Part shown: positions 41,239 through 50,984 of the stretch, one piece after another
Numbering within the stretch: position 1 is the first letter of the stretch
Layout: every line of letters starts with the position of its first letter
Assembly (NCBI GenBank): GCA_965213705.1
Contig: OZ243913.1
Span: 1,184,001-1,248,000 of the forward strand
Direction: 5' to 3'
DNA: 64,000 nt
From: Trueperaceae bacterium
Lineage (GTDB): Bacteria; Deinococcota; Deinococci; Deinococcales; Trueperaceae
Translations under genes and position numbers: made by a program
Notes under the pieces: generated by a model
Told to the model about the DNA's origin: nothing
The model's input: the letters and a program-made list of their open reading frames with translations, nothing else
The model's database searches: none

Positions 41239-44200
41239 ATGAGCATCGGCCAGCCCGAACGGGTCACACAGGACCGGGTAGTCACACTTTTTCGGGACGA
41301 ACTCGGCTACACCTACTTGGGCGACTGGCAATACCGCCACGGCAACAGCAACATTGAAGAGGAGCACCTGAGCGCTTACCTGACGCGCAACGGTTACACC
41401 CCAAATCAAATCAGCGCCGCTATGCGCGAACTCCGCGGCGCGGCCGACACTTTCGGTCGCAGCTTGTACGAGAACAACTTGGCGGTCTACAAGCTGCTGC
41501 GCTACGGCGCGCCAGTCCACACCGAAGCGGGCAAGAACGCCGAAACGGTGAAGTTCATCAACTGGGAGGAGCCGGAGCAGAACGACTTCTACATTGCTGA
41601 AGAGGTCACGCTTCAAGGCGACTTCGAGCGCCGCCCCGACGTAGTGCTGTACGTCAACGGCATCGCGGTGGCGGTCATCGAACTCAAGAACAGTCGTGTC
41701 ACCGTCGGCGACGGCGTCCGGCAACTGCTGAGTAACCAGCAGCCGCGCTTCCACGCGGGCTTTTTCAGCACCGTGCAGTTCGTGTTTGCCGGCAACGACT
41801 CCGAAGGCCTGCGCTACGGCACCATCGGCACGCCGGAGAAGTATTTTCTGAAGTGGAAAGAAGACGAGGCGGACAACAGCCGCTTCAAGCTGGACAAGTA
41901 CCTTCTCAAGATGTGCGCCAAGGCGCGCTTCTTAGAGCTGATGCAAGACCTTATCGTCTTCGATGGCGGTACTAAAAAAGTGCCACGGGTGCATCAGTAT
42001 TTCGGCGTCAAGGCAGCCCAGGAGCACGTCTCAAGGTCCGAGGGTGGCATCATCTGGCACACGCAAGGGTCGGGCAAAAGCATCGTGATGGTGCTGCTGG
42101 CGAAGTGGCTGTTGGAGAACAACCCACACGCGCGTGTGGTCATCGTGACCGACCGCGACGAGTTGGACAAGCAAATCGAAGGCGTGTTCCAAGCGGCCGG
42201 CGAGACCATCCACCGCACCAGCAGCGGCCGCGACCTGATGCGCCAGCTCGGCGAGGCGACGCCGCGACTGCTGTGCTCCTTGGTTCACAAGTTCGGCCGT
42301 AAAAAGGTTGACGACTTCGAAACTTTCATCAACGAGCTGGAAGCCGCGCCCGACCCGGCGCAGGGTGAGCTGTTCGTGTTTGTGGACGAGTGCCACCGCA
42401 CCCAGAGCGGCAAACTACACCGCATCATGAAAGCGCTCCTGCCTAAAGCAGTCTTTGTCGGCTTCACCGGCACGCCCCTTCTCAAGAAAGACAAACAGAC
42501 GAGCCTGGAAGTGTTCGGCGGCTACATCCACACCTACAAATTCAAAGAGGCGGTTGACGACGACGTTATCCTCGACCTCATCTACGAAGCTCGTGACATT
42601 GACCAGCGCCTGGGTTCGCAAGCGCGCATCGACGCCTGGTTCGACGCCAAGACGCGCGGGCTCAACGAGTGGCAACGGGCCGCGCTACGTGAGCGGTGGG
42701 GCACCATGCAAAAGGTGCTCAGCTCAAAGTCGCGCATGGACCAAGTGGTCAGCGACATCGTTTTCGACTTTGGGGTGAAACCTCGTTTAAGCAACGACCG
42801 CGGCACGGCCATCCTCGTCGCCTCGAGCATCTACGAGGCTTGCAAATACCACGCGCTGTTTCAACGGACGGCGTTCCGGGGAAAGTGCGCCGTCGTTACC
42901 TCGTATAACCCTTACGCGGGCGACATCACCACCGAGGACACCGGCGCAAACACGGAAACCGACAAAGAGTTCATCTACGCCACCTACACCGAGCTTCTGA
43001 AAGACGTCGTCCCCCAACCGAACAAGACCAAGACCGAGACTTATGAGGACTGGGCCAAAGACCGCTTCAAAAACCAGCCCGCCAATATGAAGCTTTTGGT
43101 CGTAGTGGACAAGCTCCTGACCGGCTTCGACGCGCCGAGCTGCACCTACCTCTACATCGACAAGAGTATGCAAGACCACGCGCTCTTCCAGGCCATCTGC
43201 CGCACCAACCGGCTCGACGGCGACGACAAAGAGTTTGGCTACGTCGTGGACTACAAAGACTTGTTCAACAAGGTCGAGAAGGCCATCTCTGTTTACTCTT
43301 CCGAACTCGACCACAGTGTCGGCGGCACCGACCCCGAGGTGCTCATGAACGCGCGCCTTGCGAAGGGCAAAGAACGGCTGGACACCGCCCTCGAGGCCAT
43401 CCACCTCCTGTGTCAACCCGTGCCACCCCCCAAGGGTGAACTCGAGCATATCCACTACTTTTGCGGTAACACCGAAATGCCCGACGACTTAAAAGCGCAC
43501 GAGCCGCGCCGCGCCGCGCTCTACCAGGCGACAGCGGCATTGCTCAGGGCCTACGCCAACATCGCCGACGAGCTTTTGGCCGCTGGGTACAGTGACGGCG
43601 AGGTTACCCGCCTCAAAGACGCGCTCGAGCGGTATCTAAAGCTGCGCGACGTCGTCCGCCGGGCGAGTGGGGAAACGCTCGACTTAAAAACCTATGAAGC
43701 CGACATGCGGCACCTCATCGACACCTACATCGAGGCGGACGAGCCGCGAAAAATCTCTCCCTTCGACGATATGCCGCTGCTCGAGCTTATCGCCAAGACG
43801 GGCATCGCCAACGCCATCGACACCCTGCCGGAAAGTATCAAAGGTAATGAAACGGCTGTCGCCGAGACCATTGAAAACAACGTGCGCAGCAAAATCATCA
43901 AAGAGCACCTGAACGACCCGACTTACTACGGGCAGATGTCTAAACTTCTCGACGAAATCATCGCCAACCGCAAGGCCAAAGCCTTAGAGTACGAGGCGTA
44001 CCTGGCTCAGGTCGCCGAGCTGGCCCGCCGCGTAGAAGCAGGCCAAGCCGACGACACTCCGGAACGGCTTAACACGCCGGGGCTACGCGCGCTCTACGGC
44101 AGCCTGGGTCAGGACGAACACCTCGCCCTACAAGTTCATGAGACGGTGATGCGGGTCCGCCCCGACGACTGGCGCGGCACCGACACCCGCGAGAAGGTTA

Positions 44201-44340
44201 TCAACGCGCCATGTTGGACATCTTGCACCATGAGGCCGAGGTCGAGCGGCTTTTTCTCATCATCGAAAAGCAAAGGGAATACTGATGCCGCGACTCAAAC
44301 TCGGCGACGTCACGGTGGACGTGGTGCAAAAAGATATTAA
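41239..44340 (+). CDS. hsdR: Type I R-M restriction subunit R (apparent 1-bp deletion near 44204; ancestral stop at 44285)
   Basis: RPDVVLYVNG..IELK, WHTQGSGKS, DECHR, FTGTP, LLTGFDAP. Confidence 0.95.
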   Translation: MSIGQPERVTQDRVVTLFRDELGYTYLGDWQYRHGNSNIEEEHLSAYLTRNGYTPNQISAAMRELRGAADTFGRSLYENNLAVYKLLRYGAPVHTEAGKNAETVKFINWEEPEQNDFYIAEEVTLQGDFERRPDVVLYVNGIAVAVIELKNSRVTVGDGVRQLLSNQQPRFHAGFFSTVQFVFAGNDSEGLRYGTIGTPEKYFLKWKEDEADNSRFKLDKYLLKMCAKARFLELMQDLIVFDGGTKKVPRVHQYFGVKAAQEHVSRSEGGIIWHTQGSGKSIVMVLLAKWLLENNPHARVVIVTDRDELDKQIEGVFQAAGETIHRTSSGRDLMRQLGEATPRLLCSLVHKFGRKKVDDFETFINELEAAPDPAQGELFVFVDECHRTQSGKLHRIMKALLPKAVFVGFTGTPLLKKDKQTSLEVFGGYIHTYKFKEAVDDDVILDLIYEARDIDQRLGSQARIDAWFDAKTRGLNEWQRAALRERWGTMQKVLSSKSRMDQVVSDIVFDFGVKPRLSNDRGTAILVASSIYEACKYHALFQRTAFRGKCAVVTSYNPYAGDITTEDTGANTETDKEFIYATYTELLKDVVPQPNKTKTETYEDWAKDRFKNQPANMKLLVVVDKLLTGFDAPSCTYLYIDKSMQDHALFQAICRTNRLDGDDKEFGYVVDYKDLFNKVEKAISVYSSELDHSVGGTDPEVLMNARLAKGKERLDTALEAIHLLCQPVPPPKGELEHIHYFCGNTEMPDDLKAHEPRRAALYQATAALLRAYANIADELLAAGYSDGEVTRLKDALERYLKLRDVVRRASGETLDLKTYEADMRHLIDTYIEADEPRKISPFDDMPLLELIAKTGIANAIDTLPESIKGNETAVAETIENNVRSKIIKEHLNDPTYYGQMSKLLDEIIANRKAKALEYEAYLAQVAELARRVEAGQADDTPERLNTPGLRALYGSLGQDEHLALQVHETVMRVRPDDWRGTDTREKVINAPCWTSCTMRPRSSGFFSSSKSKGNTDAATQTRRRHGGRGAKRY

Positions 44341-44998
44341 GAACATTCACTTGAGCGTCTACCCGCCCGTGGGCCGGGTGCGCATTTCTGCGCCTGAGCG
44401 GATGGACTTGGACACCATCCGCGGCTTCGCCATCGCCAAATTGGGTTGGATCAAAGAGCAGCAGCGCAAGCTGCAAGCGCAGCAGCGTGAAACCCCGCGG
44501 GAGTACCTGGACCGGGAAAGCCATTATGTTTGGGGTAAGCGTTACCTGCTCGACGTCGCCGAGCACGACGGACCCGCTAAGGTAGACCTCGAGCACAGTA
44601 AGCTGGTGCTCTGGGTACGACCGGACGCCTCCGACGAAGCAAAGCAGGCAGCGGTCGAAAGCTGGTACCGCGAGCAGCTCAAAGAGGCGGTTCCCTCCTT
44701 AATTGCCAAATGGGAGCCCATGTTAGACGTAAAAGTGGAAAAATTCTTCGTACAGCGCATGAAGACCAGGTGGGGCAGTTGCAATCCGGGGTCAAGAAAT
44801 ATTCGGCTCAACACGGAGCTAGCGAAGAAGCCGCCCGAGTGTCTCGAGTATATCGTCGTGCATGAGATGGTTCACCTGCTCGAGCCTACGCATAACGACA
44901 GTTTTGTTGGGTTGATGAACCAGTATCTGCCGAAGTGGGCGTATTTCAGAGGAATGTTGAATAAACTTCCGGTGAGGCATGAGGACTGGTCTTACTAA
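44285..44998 (+). CDS. M48/YgjP (DUF45) metallopeptidase associated with type I R-M
   Basis: MKTRWGSC, YIVVHEMVHL.E..H. Confidence 0.92.
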   Translation: MPRLKLGDVTVDVVQKDIKNIHLSVYPPVGRVRISAPERMDLDTIRGFAIAKLGWIKEQQRKLQAQQRETPREYLDRESHYVWGKRYLLDVAEHDGPAKVDLEHSKLVLWVRPDASDEAKQAAVESWYREQLKEAVPSLIAKWEPMLDVKVEKFFVQRMKTRWGSCNPGSRNIRLNTELAKKPPECLEYIVVHEMVHLLEPTHNDSFVGLMNQYLPKWAYFRGMLNKLPVRHEDWSY

Positions 44999-45444
44999 AA
45001 ATTTTACCAAATCTCTGTACTTCACCTCTTTCTAGCGACCCCTTCAAACGAGACTGCCCGCAAGCGTCGACGCCGTGACCGTCCACGGCTTGGGCCGCTG
45101 CACCTTGTACCGCTACCTGGGATAGCTCCCTGATTGGAATACTGGAAACGGCGCAATTTTCATCTAAGCTCGGAAAGAATGGTGCTGTAGATGATTGAAG
45201 ATTTATGCCTTACCTGACTACCCCGGAAATCGTGTTGCCGTGCAACCAATACAAAGGGGAAGCCTACAAAGGCTAGGGCGTACATCCCCTAAACATACAA
45301 GATGTGCTATTCTAACGTTGCTTGTACGCGATATTGAGACTTGAACGAAGACATAGGCACTTGAGCGGTCCCACCCCGCGCTGATAAAGGCCGAAGCCTC
45401 CAAGAATCACCGTCGTGGACTGCGAATCTAGTGGAGGTGTTTTC

Positions 45445-46446
45445 ATGTTCCCCCTCGAAACGAGAGACCCTTACAGTCCCGACTCACCTTTTCCAGGAAA
45501 GTTTCAAATACTTTCGCTCGACGGCGGTGGTCTAAAGGGTGTTTACTCAGCGGCCGTTTTAGCGGCGTTTGAGGACGACGAGCAAGTAAGTATCGCTGAC
45601 CATTTCGACCTTATTGCTGGCACCTCCACGGGTGGCATCATCGCTTTGGCATTAGCTAGTGGGCTGAGCGCCAAGAAAATTGTTGAGTTCTATGAGCGGT
45701 ATGGGCTGGTTATTTTTCCCCGGCTGCGCTTTGGTTGGTGGAACCGCTTTTTCTCACACGGGTATAAGCAGGAACCCCTGAAGGATGCCCTGGTAGAAAC
45801 CTTTGGTGAGCACAAAACCATAGCCGATCTAAAAAAACGTGTGGTCATTCCCAGCTTTAATTTAGAGGAAGGGGCAGTCTATATTTTTAAAACACCCCAT
45901 CATTCGCGCTTCAAACGAGACGGTAAAGCCCCACTTTGGCAAGTAGCTCTCGCTACGAGCGCAGCGCCGACCTATTTTCCTGCCAGCACCCACTTAGAAG
46001 GTCTCCGCCTCATAGACGGCGGGGTGTGGGCAAATAATCCTTCTTTGGTGGCGGTGCTCGAGGCCAAAAGTGTACTGGGTGCGTCACTGGAAAACATCTA
46101 CGTTCTAAGTTTGGGGACGACAAAAGATTTGGTTAACAGACCTCTGGATTTAGATACGGGAGGACTAAAACAGTGGGCTGAGCCTGCGGCAGACGTCATT
46201 ATGCAAGCGCAGTCGACGGCCGTAAACAACCATCTCTTGCACCTGCTCCCGCGCGAAAACACAACCCGTTTAGACATGCTCGTTCCCGAGGGCATATTCA
46301 AGCTGGATCAAATCGACTATGCCCGTCTCAAAGCTAAAGCCCGTCACACAAGCCGCCACGACTGTCCCAAAATTCAACCCTTCTTGACCCACAGACCTAC
46401 GCCTTACCGACCCTTCAAAAAAGGAGATACCCATGTTAGCTATTAA
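45445..46446 (+). CDS. Patatin-like phospholipase, CBASS effector (CapV-like)
   Basis: LSLDGGGLKG, GTSTGG, ATSAAPTYF, DGGVWANNP; directly upstream of a CD-NTase. Confidence 0.92.
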   Translation: MFPLETRDPYSPDSPFPGKFQILSLDGGGLKGVYSAAVLAAFEDDEQVSIADHFDLIAGTSTGGIIALALASGLSAKKIVEFYERYGLVIFPRLRFGWWNRFFSHGYKQEPLKDALVETFGEHKTIADLKKRVVIPSFNLEEGAVYIFKTPHHSRFKRDGKAPLWQVALATSAAPTYFPASTHLEGLRLIDGGVWANNPSLVAVLEAKSVLGASLENIYVLSLGTTKDLVNRPLDLDTGGLKQWAEPAADVIMQAQSTAVNNHLLHLLPRENTTRLDMLVPEGIFKLDQIDYARLKAKARHTSRHDCPKIQPFLTHRPTPYRPFKKGDTHVSY

Positions 46447-47626
46447 AACCATGACACCTGTTCAAGCGCTGGTGGAAGCACTGGAGATCCCCGACTCTGC
46501 GTATGAAGCGGCGGCAGACCGTTACCGGGACCTTGGCGAATGGTTGCATGACGAGGCCAAAGCGAAGAGCGCCCTTTTCGACCCGGAGGTTCGTTCACAA
46601 GGCTCGTTCCGCCTTGGGACAGCCAATAGACCGTGGAAACGCGAAAGCTATGACCTGGATTTTGGCTGCACGTTCAAACGTGGGGTAGAGAAGACCGATT
46701 TCACCCAGGAGCAGGTGAAACGGCTTCTCGGCAGCGATTTGGAAGCGTACCGCCGTGAACGCGGCATTCACGATGAACTCGAAGAAAAACATCGTTGCTG
46801 GCGGCTGAACTACCAGGATCGTCTTTTGTTCCATATGGACGTCGTGCCGAGTATCCCTCACGATGAAGTCACACGCCGACAGCTTCAGGGAAGCATGACC
46901 AACACCGGGTTCGACATTCGCCTGGCACACGAGGTCTCAGAATTTGCGGTCGCAATCACGGATGACAGGCACCTCCAGTACCGACGGTTGACGGCTGATT
47001 GGTTGGTCAGCAATGCTGAAGGCTACGCCTTGTGGTTCGAGTGGCGCGTGCGCCAAGCACAAGAGGTGATGAAATCTATAATTATGAACAGGGGCGTAGC
47101 GAGCATTGCTGATTTACCCACCTATAAGTGGAAGACGCCGCTTCAACAGTGTGTGCAGGTTCTCAAGCGCCATCGCGATGTCATGTTCGAAAACGACTCG
47201 GACATCAAACCTCCTTCAATTATCCTTACCACCTTGGCGGCTAGGGCATACGAGGGAGAAGCGGATTTGCAGGCAGCCCTAGGAAATATCCTGGCGAACA
47301 TGGAGGGGTTCGTAAATACAACTTATCCCAGAGTTCCCAACCCTGTGAATCCGAGTGAAGATTTTGCCGACCGGTGGGCCACAAAAGAGGGACGTGAGTT
47401 GCAGCTCGAGCAAAACTTTTGGCTGTGGCTCGCACAAGCCAGAAGTGACTTCGCCATTATTACCTCGTCCGGCAGCACAGATGTTATTGCCGAGCAGGCG
47501 TCGCAGAAGTACGGGGTTCACCTGGACCAGCAAACCCTAGATGGACTCGTTAACGTAGTACCCAGCGTTTCAGCACCGGTCAGACCTTACAAGATAACGC
47601 AAGCGCCCAAGCCGTGGTGCCGTTGA
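46433..47626 (+). CDS. cGAS/DncV-like nucleotidyltransferase (CD-NTase, clade G-like)
   Basis: SQGSFRLGT..YDLD, EKHRCWRL.Y, FHMDVVP, LKRHRD, PSIILTTL, NPVNPSEDFADRW. Confidence 0.92.
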   Translation: MLAIKTMTPVQALVEALEIPDSAYEAAADRYRDLGEWLHDEAKAKSALFDPEVRSQGSFRLGTANRPWKRESYDLDFGCTFKRGVEKTDFTQEQVKRLLGSDLEAYRRERGIHDELEEKHRCWRLNYQDRLLFHMDVVPSIPHDEVTRRQLQGSMTNTGFDIRLAHEVSEFAVAITDDRHLQYRRLTADWLVSNAEGYALWFEWRVRQAQEVMKSIIMNRGVASIADLPTYKWKTPLQQCVQVLKRHRDVMFENDSDIKPPSIILTTLAARAYEGEADLQAALGNILANMEGFVNTTYPRVPNPVNPSEDFADRWATKEGRELQLEQNFWLWLAQARSDFAIITSSGSTDVIAEQASQKYGVHLDQQTLDGLVNVVPSVSAPVRPYKITQAPKPWCR

Positions 47627-48279
47627 CAGTCGATTATCAAGCGGTAGGCTTGCAAAACTTCCTGCAAGCCTACCCGCGTATGGCGGTCAGACCGACTAAA
47701 CGCCAAGCACTGTTGCTGGAGGGGCAGTTCGACTTCACGGCCGCGGCTGACGAACACAAGGCCATCACGGATAGCTACCAGCTCCGCATCTACGTGCCAC
47801 TTAAGTTCCCCAGAGAAATTCCATTGGTACATGAGACACGAGGTCGCATTCCGAGAACGGGCCAGTACCACGTCAATTCTGATGGCTCACTTTGTCTAGG
47901 TTCACGCCTCCGGTTACTCCAGTTGATTGCCACATCCGCAACGCTGACCGGGTTTGCTGAACACTGCTTGATTCCATATTTGTTTGCTGTTTCATACAAG
48001 CTCCAACACGGAGGAGCACTTCCCTTCGGGGAACTGGCGCATGGCCTACCTGGTGAGCTTGTGGACTATGTGGAACTTTTCGGCCTTCAGACGACAGACC
48101 AGGCGCGAGCCACTTTGCAGTATCTTGGAATGAAGAAAAGGAAGGCCAACAAACGTCCCTGCCCTTGTGGCTGTGGTCGCCGGTTGAGCCAGTGCCGATT
48201 CAACAACAAGGTGAGAAAGTTTAGACGGTTGGCAGAAAGAAGCTGGTTTAGGTCGGTTGCGAACATAAACAATAGATAG
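47614..48279 (+). CDS. Prokaryotic E2-fold protein with C-terminal SEC-C-like Zn motif
   Basis: Y.L.I..P..FP...P, HVNSDGSLCLG (E2 catalytic Cys context), CPCGCG.....C. Confidence 0.8.
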   Translation: MVPLTVDYQAVGLQNFLQAYPRMAVRPTKRQALLLEGQFDFTAAADEHKAITDSYQLRIYVPLKFPREIPLVHETRGRIPRTGQYHVNSDGSLCLGSRLRLLQLIATSATLTGFAEHCLIPYLFAVSYKLQHGGALPFGELAHGLPGELVDYVELFGLQTTDQARATLQYLGMKKRKANKRPCPCGCGRRLSQCRFNNKVRKFRRLAERSWFRSVANINNR

Positions 48280-48618
48280 ATTGAGCATTTACATCTACCC
48301 GTGGGAATCCGTTCTATTGGTACGTCTCCAACGTCATATCAAAAGGCCGTTACGCGGCGACAAATCCGACTGGGCCACCCCTATCAAAGTGCGTATCATA
48401 ATGTCCTCTCTGTTACGCACTCTCCTCGTCTTCTGCCTCAAGGACTCTCTTCCGAAGGACCCGAGCTACGCCTCAACGGTAAGTGCCTCAGCCCCAGCCC
48501 AGCGCCGGTGAGTCAGGGGGTACATTTGGAGAGAAACTCCAGGCTTGTTGAACTAGAAAGTTTCGGTTGTCGCCACAGCCAACGTTTCAAAAAAAGCTCG
48601 TTTTTGCTACCATGTCCT

Positions 48619-49122
48619 ATGACCCAAGTCGAGCTAGGGCAAAAGATTCACATGTTTCTACGCTTTCACGACTCGCTTGCCGCGGTGGTCAAAGACTCTC
48701 GCGCCTGGCGACAAGTGCAGCGCGGCCGGGAGCACAACCTGACTCTTTACGAAGCCGAACTAACGTCGCTGGGCCTAGAGCCGAGTCCGCTACTGGAAGA
48801 GCATCCCGCCTACCTCGCCTTTCGTGAAGCCGCAGTCCAAAACCGCTACGTCGACCCTGACAAAAACAACCTCGTCGAGCTGGGTGAGTGCCGGGCGGTC
48901 GACTCCAAAGCGGTCATGGACGTCAGCGGTGACGACATAGCTTTTGTGGACGTGAGCATGGTTCACCGCTACAGCCTTTATGTCGACGTGACGACCGGCA
49001 ATATCTACGCCAACGACCCAAACCCCGGTTCAGACGGCACATATCGGTTTATAAGCGACGAGTTTTTGTCCCCCAAGTGGCGAAAGAAGGCAGACGTCGT
49101 AGTTGCTGCGCATAAAGAGTAG
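48619..49122 (+). CDS. Hypothetical protein (167 aa)
   Basis: Leaderless TACCAT-5-ATG; host-like codon usage. Confidence 0.6.
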   Translation: MTQVELGQKIHMFLRFHDSLAAVVKDSRAWRQVQRGREHNLTLYEAELTSLGLEPSPLLEEHPAYLAFREAAVQNRYVDPDKNNLVELGECRAVDSKAVMDVSGDDIAFVDVSMVHRYSLYVDVTTGNIYANDPNPGSDGTYRFISDEFLSPKWRKKADVVVAAHKE

Positions 49123-49180
49123 CTACCCTAAAACAACTTTTCCTTACTATGCTATCCTTACAGTGTAAGTAAGGAGAAAC

Positions 49181-49420
49181 ATGGAGAAGGAAGCAACCCT
49201 CACAAGCAAAGGCCAGCTCACCCTACCCGCCGACATCCGCCGCGCCCTGCGGCTCGAGCGCGGCGATAAGGTCGTCTTTTCAACAGAAGGCGACACGGTG
49301 ACTTTGCGCCGAGCGCCCAAAGCCAACACTTTCGCCGCCTATGCAGGACGCTACCGCGAAGGCGCGGGAAAGACCCGCGAAACCATCAACACCGAACTGC
49401 GTGAGTTGCGCGGCGAGTGA
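49181..49420 (+). CDS. AbrB/MazE-family antitoxin
   Basis: TLTSKGQLTLPADIRRAL.L..GD.V. Confidence 0.92.
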   Translation: MEKEATLTSKGQLTLPADIRRALRLERGDKVVFSTEGDTVTLRRAPKANTFAAYAGRYREGAGKTRETINTELRELRGE

Positions 49421-49842
49421 CCGCGGTCGACAGCAACGTGTTTGTCGGCTTGCTGGCAGGCACCGAACATGAAACCGAGGTGGCGCAGCGAGCCTTAGAG
49501 GGGGCAGCTACGGAAGGCCCACTCATCCTCTGCCCGGCGGTTTACTCCGAGCTGATGGCGATGCCCGGCATGAGCGAAGAAGAGTTGGACGTTTTTGTAG
49601 AAGCTAACGGCCTCACTGTGGAGTGGCTGTTGGATCCTGAAGTGTGGCGAGCGGCTGGACAGGCTTACGCTGCTTATGCGACGCGCCGTCGCCGGCAGAA
49701 AGGGGACGAGGGGCCGCGGCGCATCCTGGCCGACTTTGTTATCGGCGCGCACGCGACGTTGGCAACAGGTAAGCTTCTTACGCTCGACCCGCAACTCTAC
49801 CGAGCAAACTTTGTGGGCTTAGAGGTGGTCGTACCAGCTTGA
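49417..49842 (+). CDS. PIN-domain (VapC) toxin
   Basis: AVDSNV, VYSEL, ADFVIGAHA, LLTLD; 4-bp overlap with the antitoxin. Confidence 0.92.
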   Translation: MTAVDSNVFVGLLAGTEHETEVAQRALEGAATEGPLILCPAVYSELMAMPGMSEEELDVFVEANGLTVEWLLDPEVWRAAGQAYAAYATRRRRQKGDEGPRRILADFVIGAHATLATGKLLTLDPQLYRANFVGLEVVVPA

Positions 49843-50102
49843 GGGTGAGTTGGGCCTGAGGCGAGGCTAGGCTGACCTTCTGCGCCACTTTTCAAGGTGA
49901 GCATAAAAGGGTGTCAAAACTGCCCCTGGGAAACCCCGTCAAACAGGGGCTCGAGCCCGTCCCTTTTGCCCGAGCCTAAAACGACCATTTTCAACCTTCG
50001 ATTGCACCAACGTCAGGTTTCACCACGATTGCATCCGCTGGAACAAAATGTACTTTGACCAACTAAGCTGGCGGCACAAGTAAGCAAACCTGTCAGAATT
50101 CC

Positions 50103-50984
50103 CTAACCCTTCAAACCTGATGCTGTGACACCCTCGATGACCCAACGCTGCGCAAACAAGAACACCAAAACCATAGGCACTACACTGATGACGGTTCCGG
50201 CCATGACAAGGTTCCACTGCGTCTGTCCTGGATAAAGCCCCTGAAGCGTCGCGAGTGCCAAGGGCAGTGTCATGAATTTGCGGTCGCTGACGATAAGCAG
50301 CGGCCAGAGAAAGTTGTTCCAGGAAGCCATAAAGCTAAAAATCCCAAGTGTGGCGAAGGCGGGGCCGGAGATGGGCACGATGACTCGTAAAAAGGTCGTG
50401 AAGGTGCTCGCGCCGTCAAGGGTGGCGGCTTCCTCGAGTTCGCCAGGTAGGTTTAGAAAAAACTGGCGCATCAGAAACGTTCCGAACGCGCTGAACATGG
50501 GCGGGACGATCAAACCGGCGTACGAGTTTGTCCAACCAAGGGTTTTGACGATGATGAAAAGCGGCGTGACGGTAACCGCGAAGGGCACCATGAGGGTGGC
50601 TAGGTAGAGGTAAAAGAGGACGTCGCGTCCCCGGAACTTGAACCGGGCGAAGGCATAGCCGCTCATCGAGCACAAAACGAGCTGACCGAGGGTGGTGGCG
50701 AGCGCGACGACAGCCGAGTTGAAGAATACGCGGGCCATCGGGAAGCTCGTCATCACCTGACGGTACGGTTCGACTGTCGGCTGGGCGGGGATGAGTTGTG
50801 GCGGCAGGGTCAGCAAGGCGTTGCTCGGCTTAAGGCTGGTCGAGAGCATCCACACGAAGGGCAGCAGCATGACGAAAGCCCCCAGAGTGATCAGCAATGT
50901 GACGAGGAGAGTGCGGGTGTTAAGCCGCATTCGCGCACTGGAGCGTGCCTGCGCGCCGACCCGCTCTAAACTCTTTTGTGTCAC
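50103..50984 (-). CDS. Carbohydrate ABC permease
   Basis: LEEAATLDGA, WNNFLWPL; start approximate. Confidence 0.93.
   Translation of the reverse strand: MTQKSLERVGAQARSSARMRLNTRTLLVTLLITLGAFVMLLPFVWMLSTSLKPSNALLTLPPQLIPAQPTVEPYRQVMTSFPMARVFFNSAVVALATTLGQLVLCSMSGYAFARFKFRGRDVLFYLYLATLMVPFAVTVTPLFIIVKTLGWTNSYAGLIVPPMFSAFGTFLMRQFFLNLPGELEEAATLDGASTFTTFLRVIVPISGPAFATLGIFSFMASWNNFLWPLLIVSDRKFMTLPLALATLQGLYPGQTQWNLVMAGTVISVVPMVLVFLFAQRWVIEGVTASGLKG

Noticed and set aside
45055..45125. GRCTLYRYLG* resembling a resolvase HTH tail upstream of CBASS
   Set aside because: Too short to call; noted only as a possible scar
49900..50020. Possible IS end after the TA pair
   Set aside because: No matching inverted repeat or transposase remnant identified
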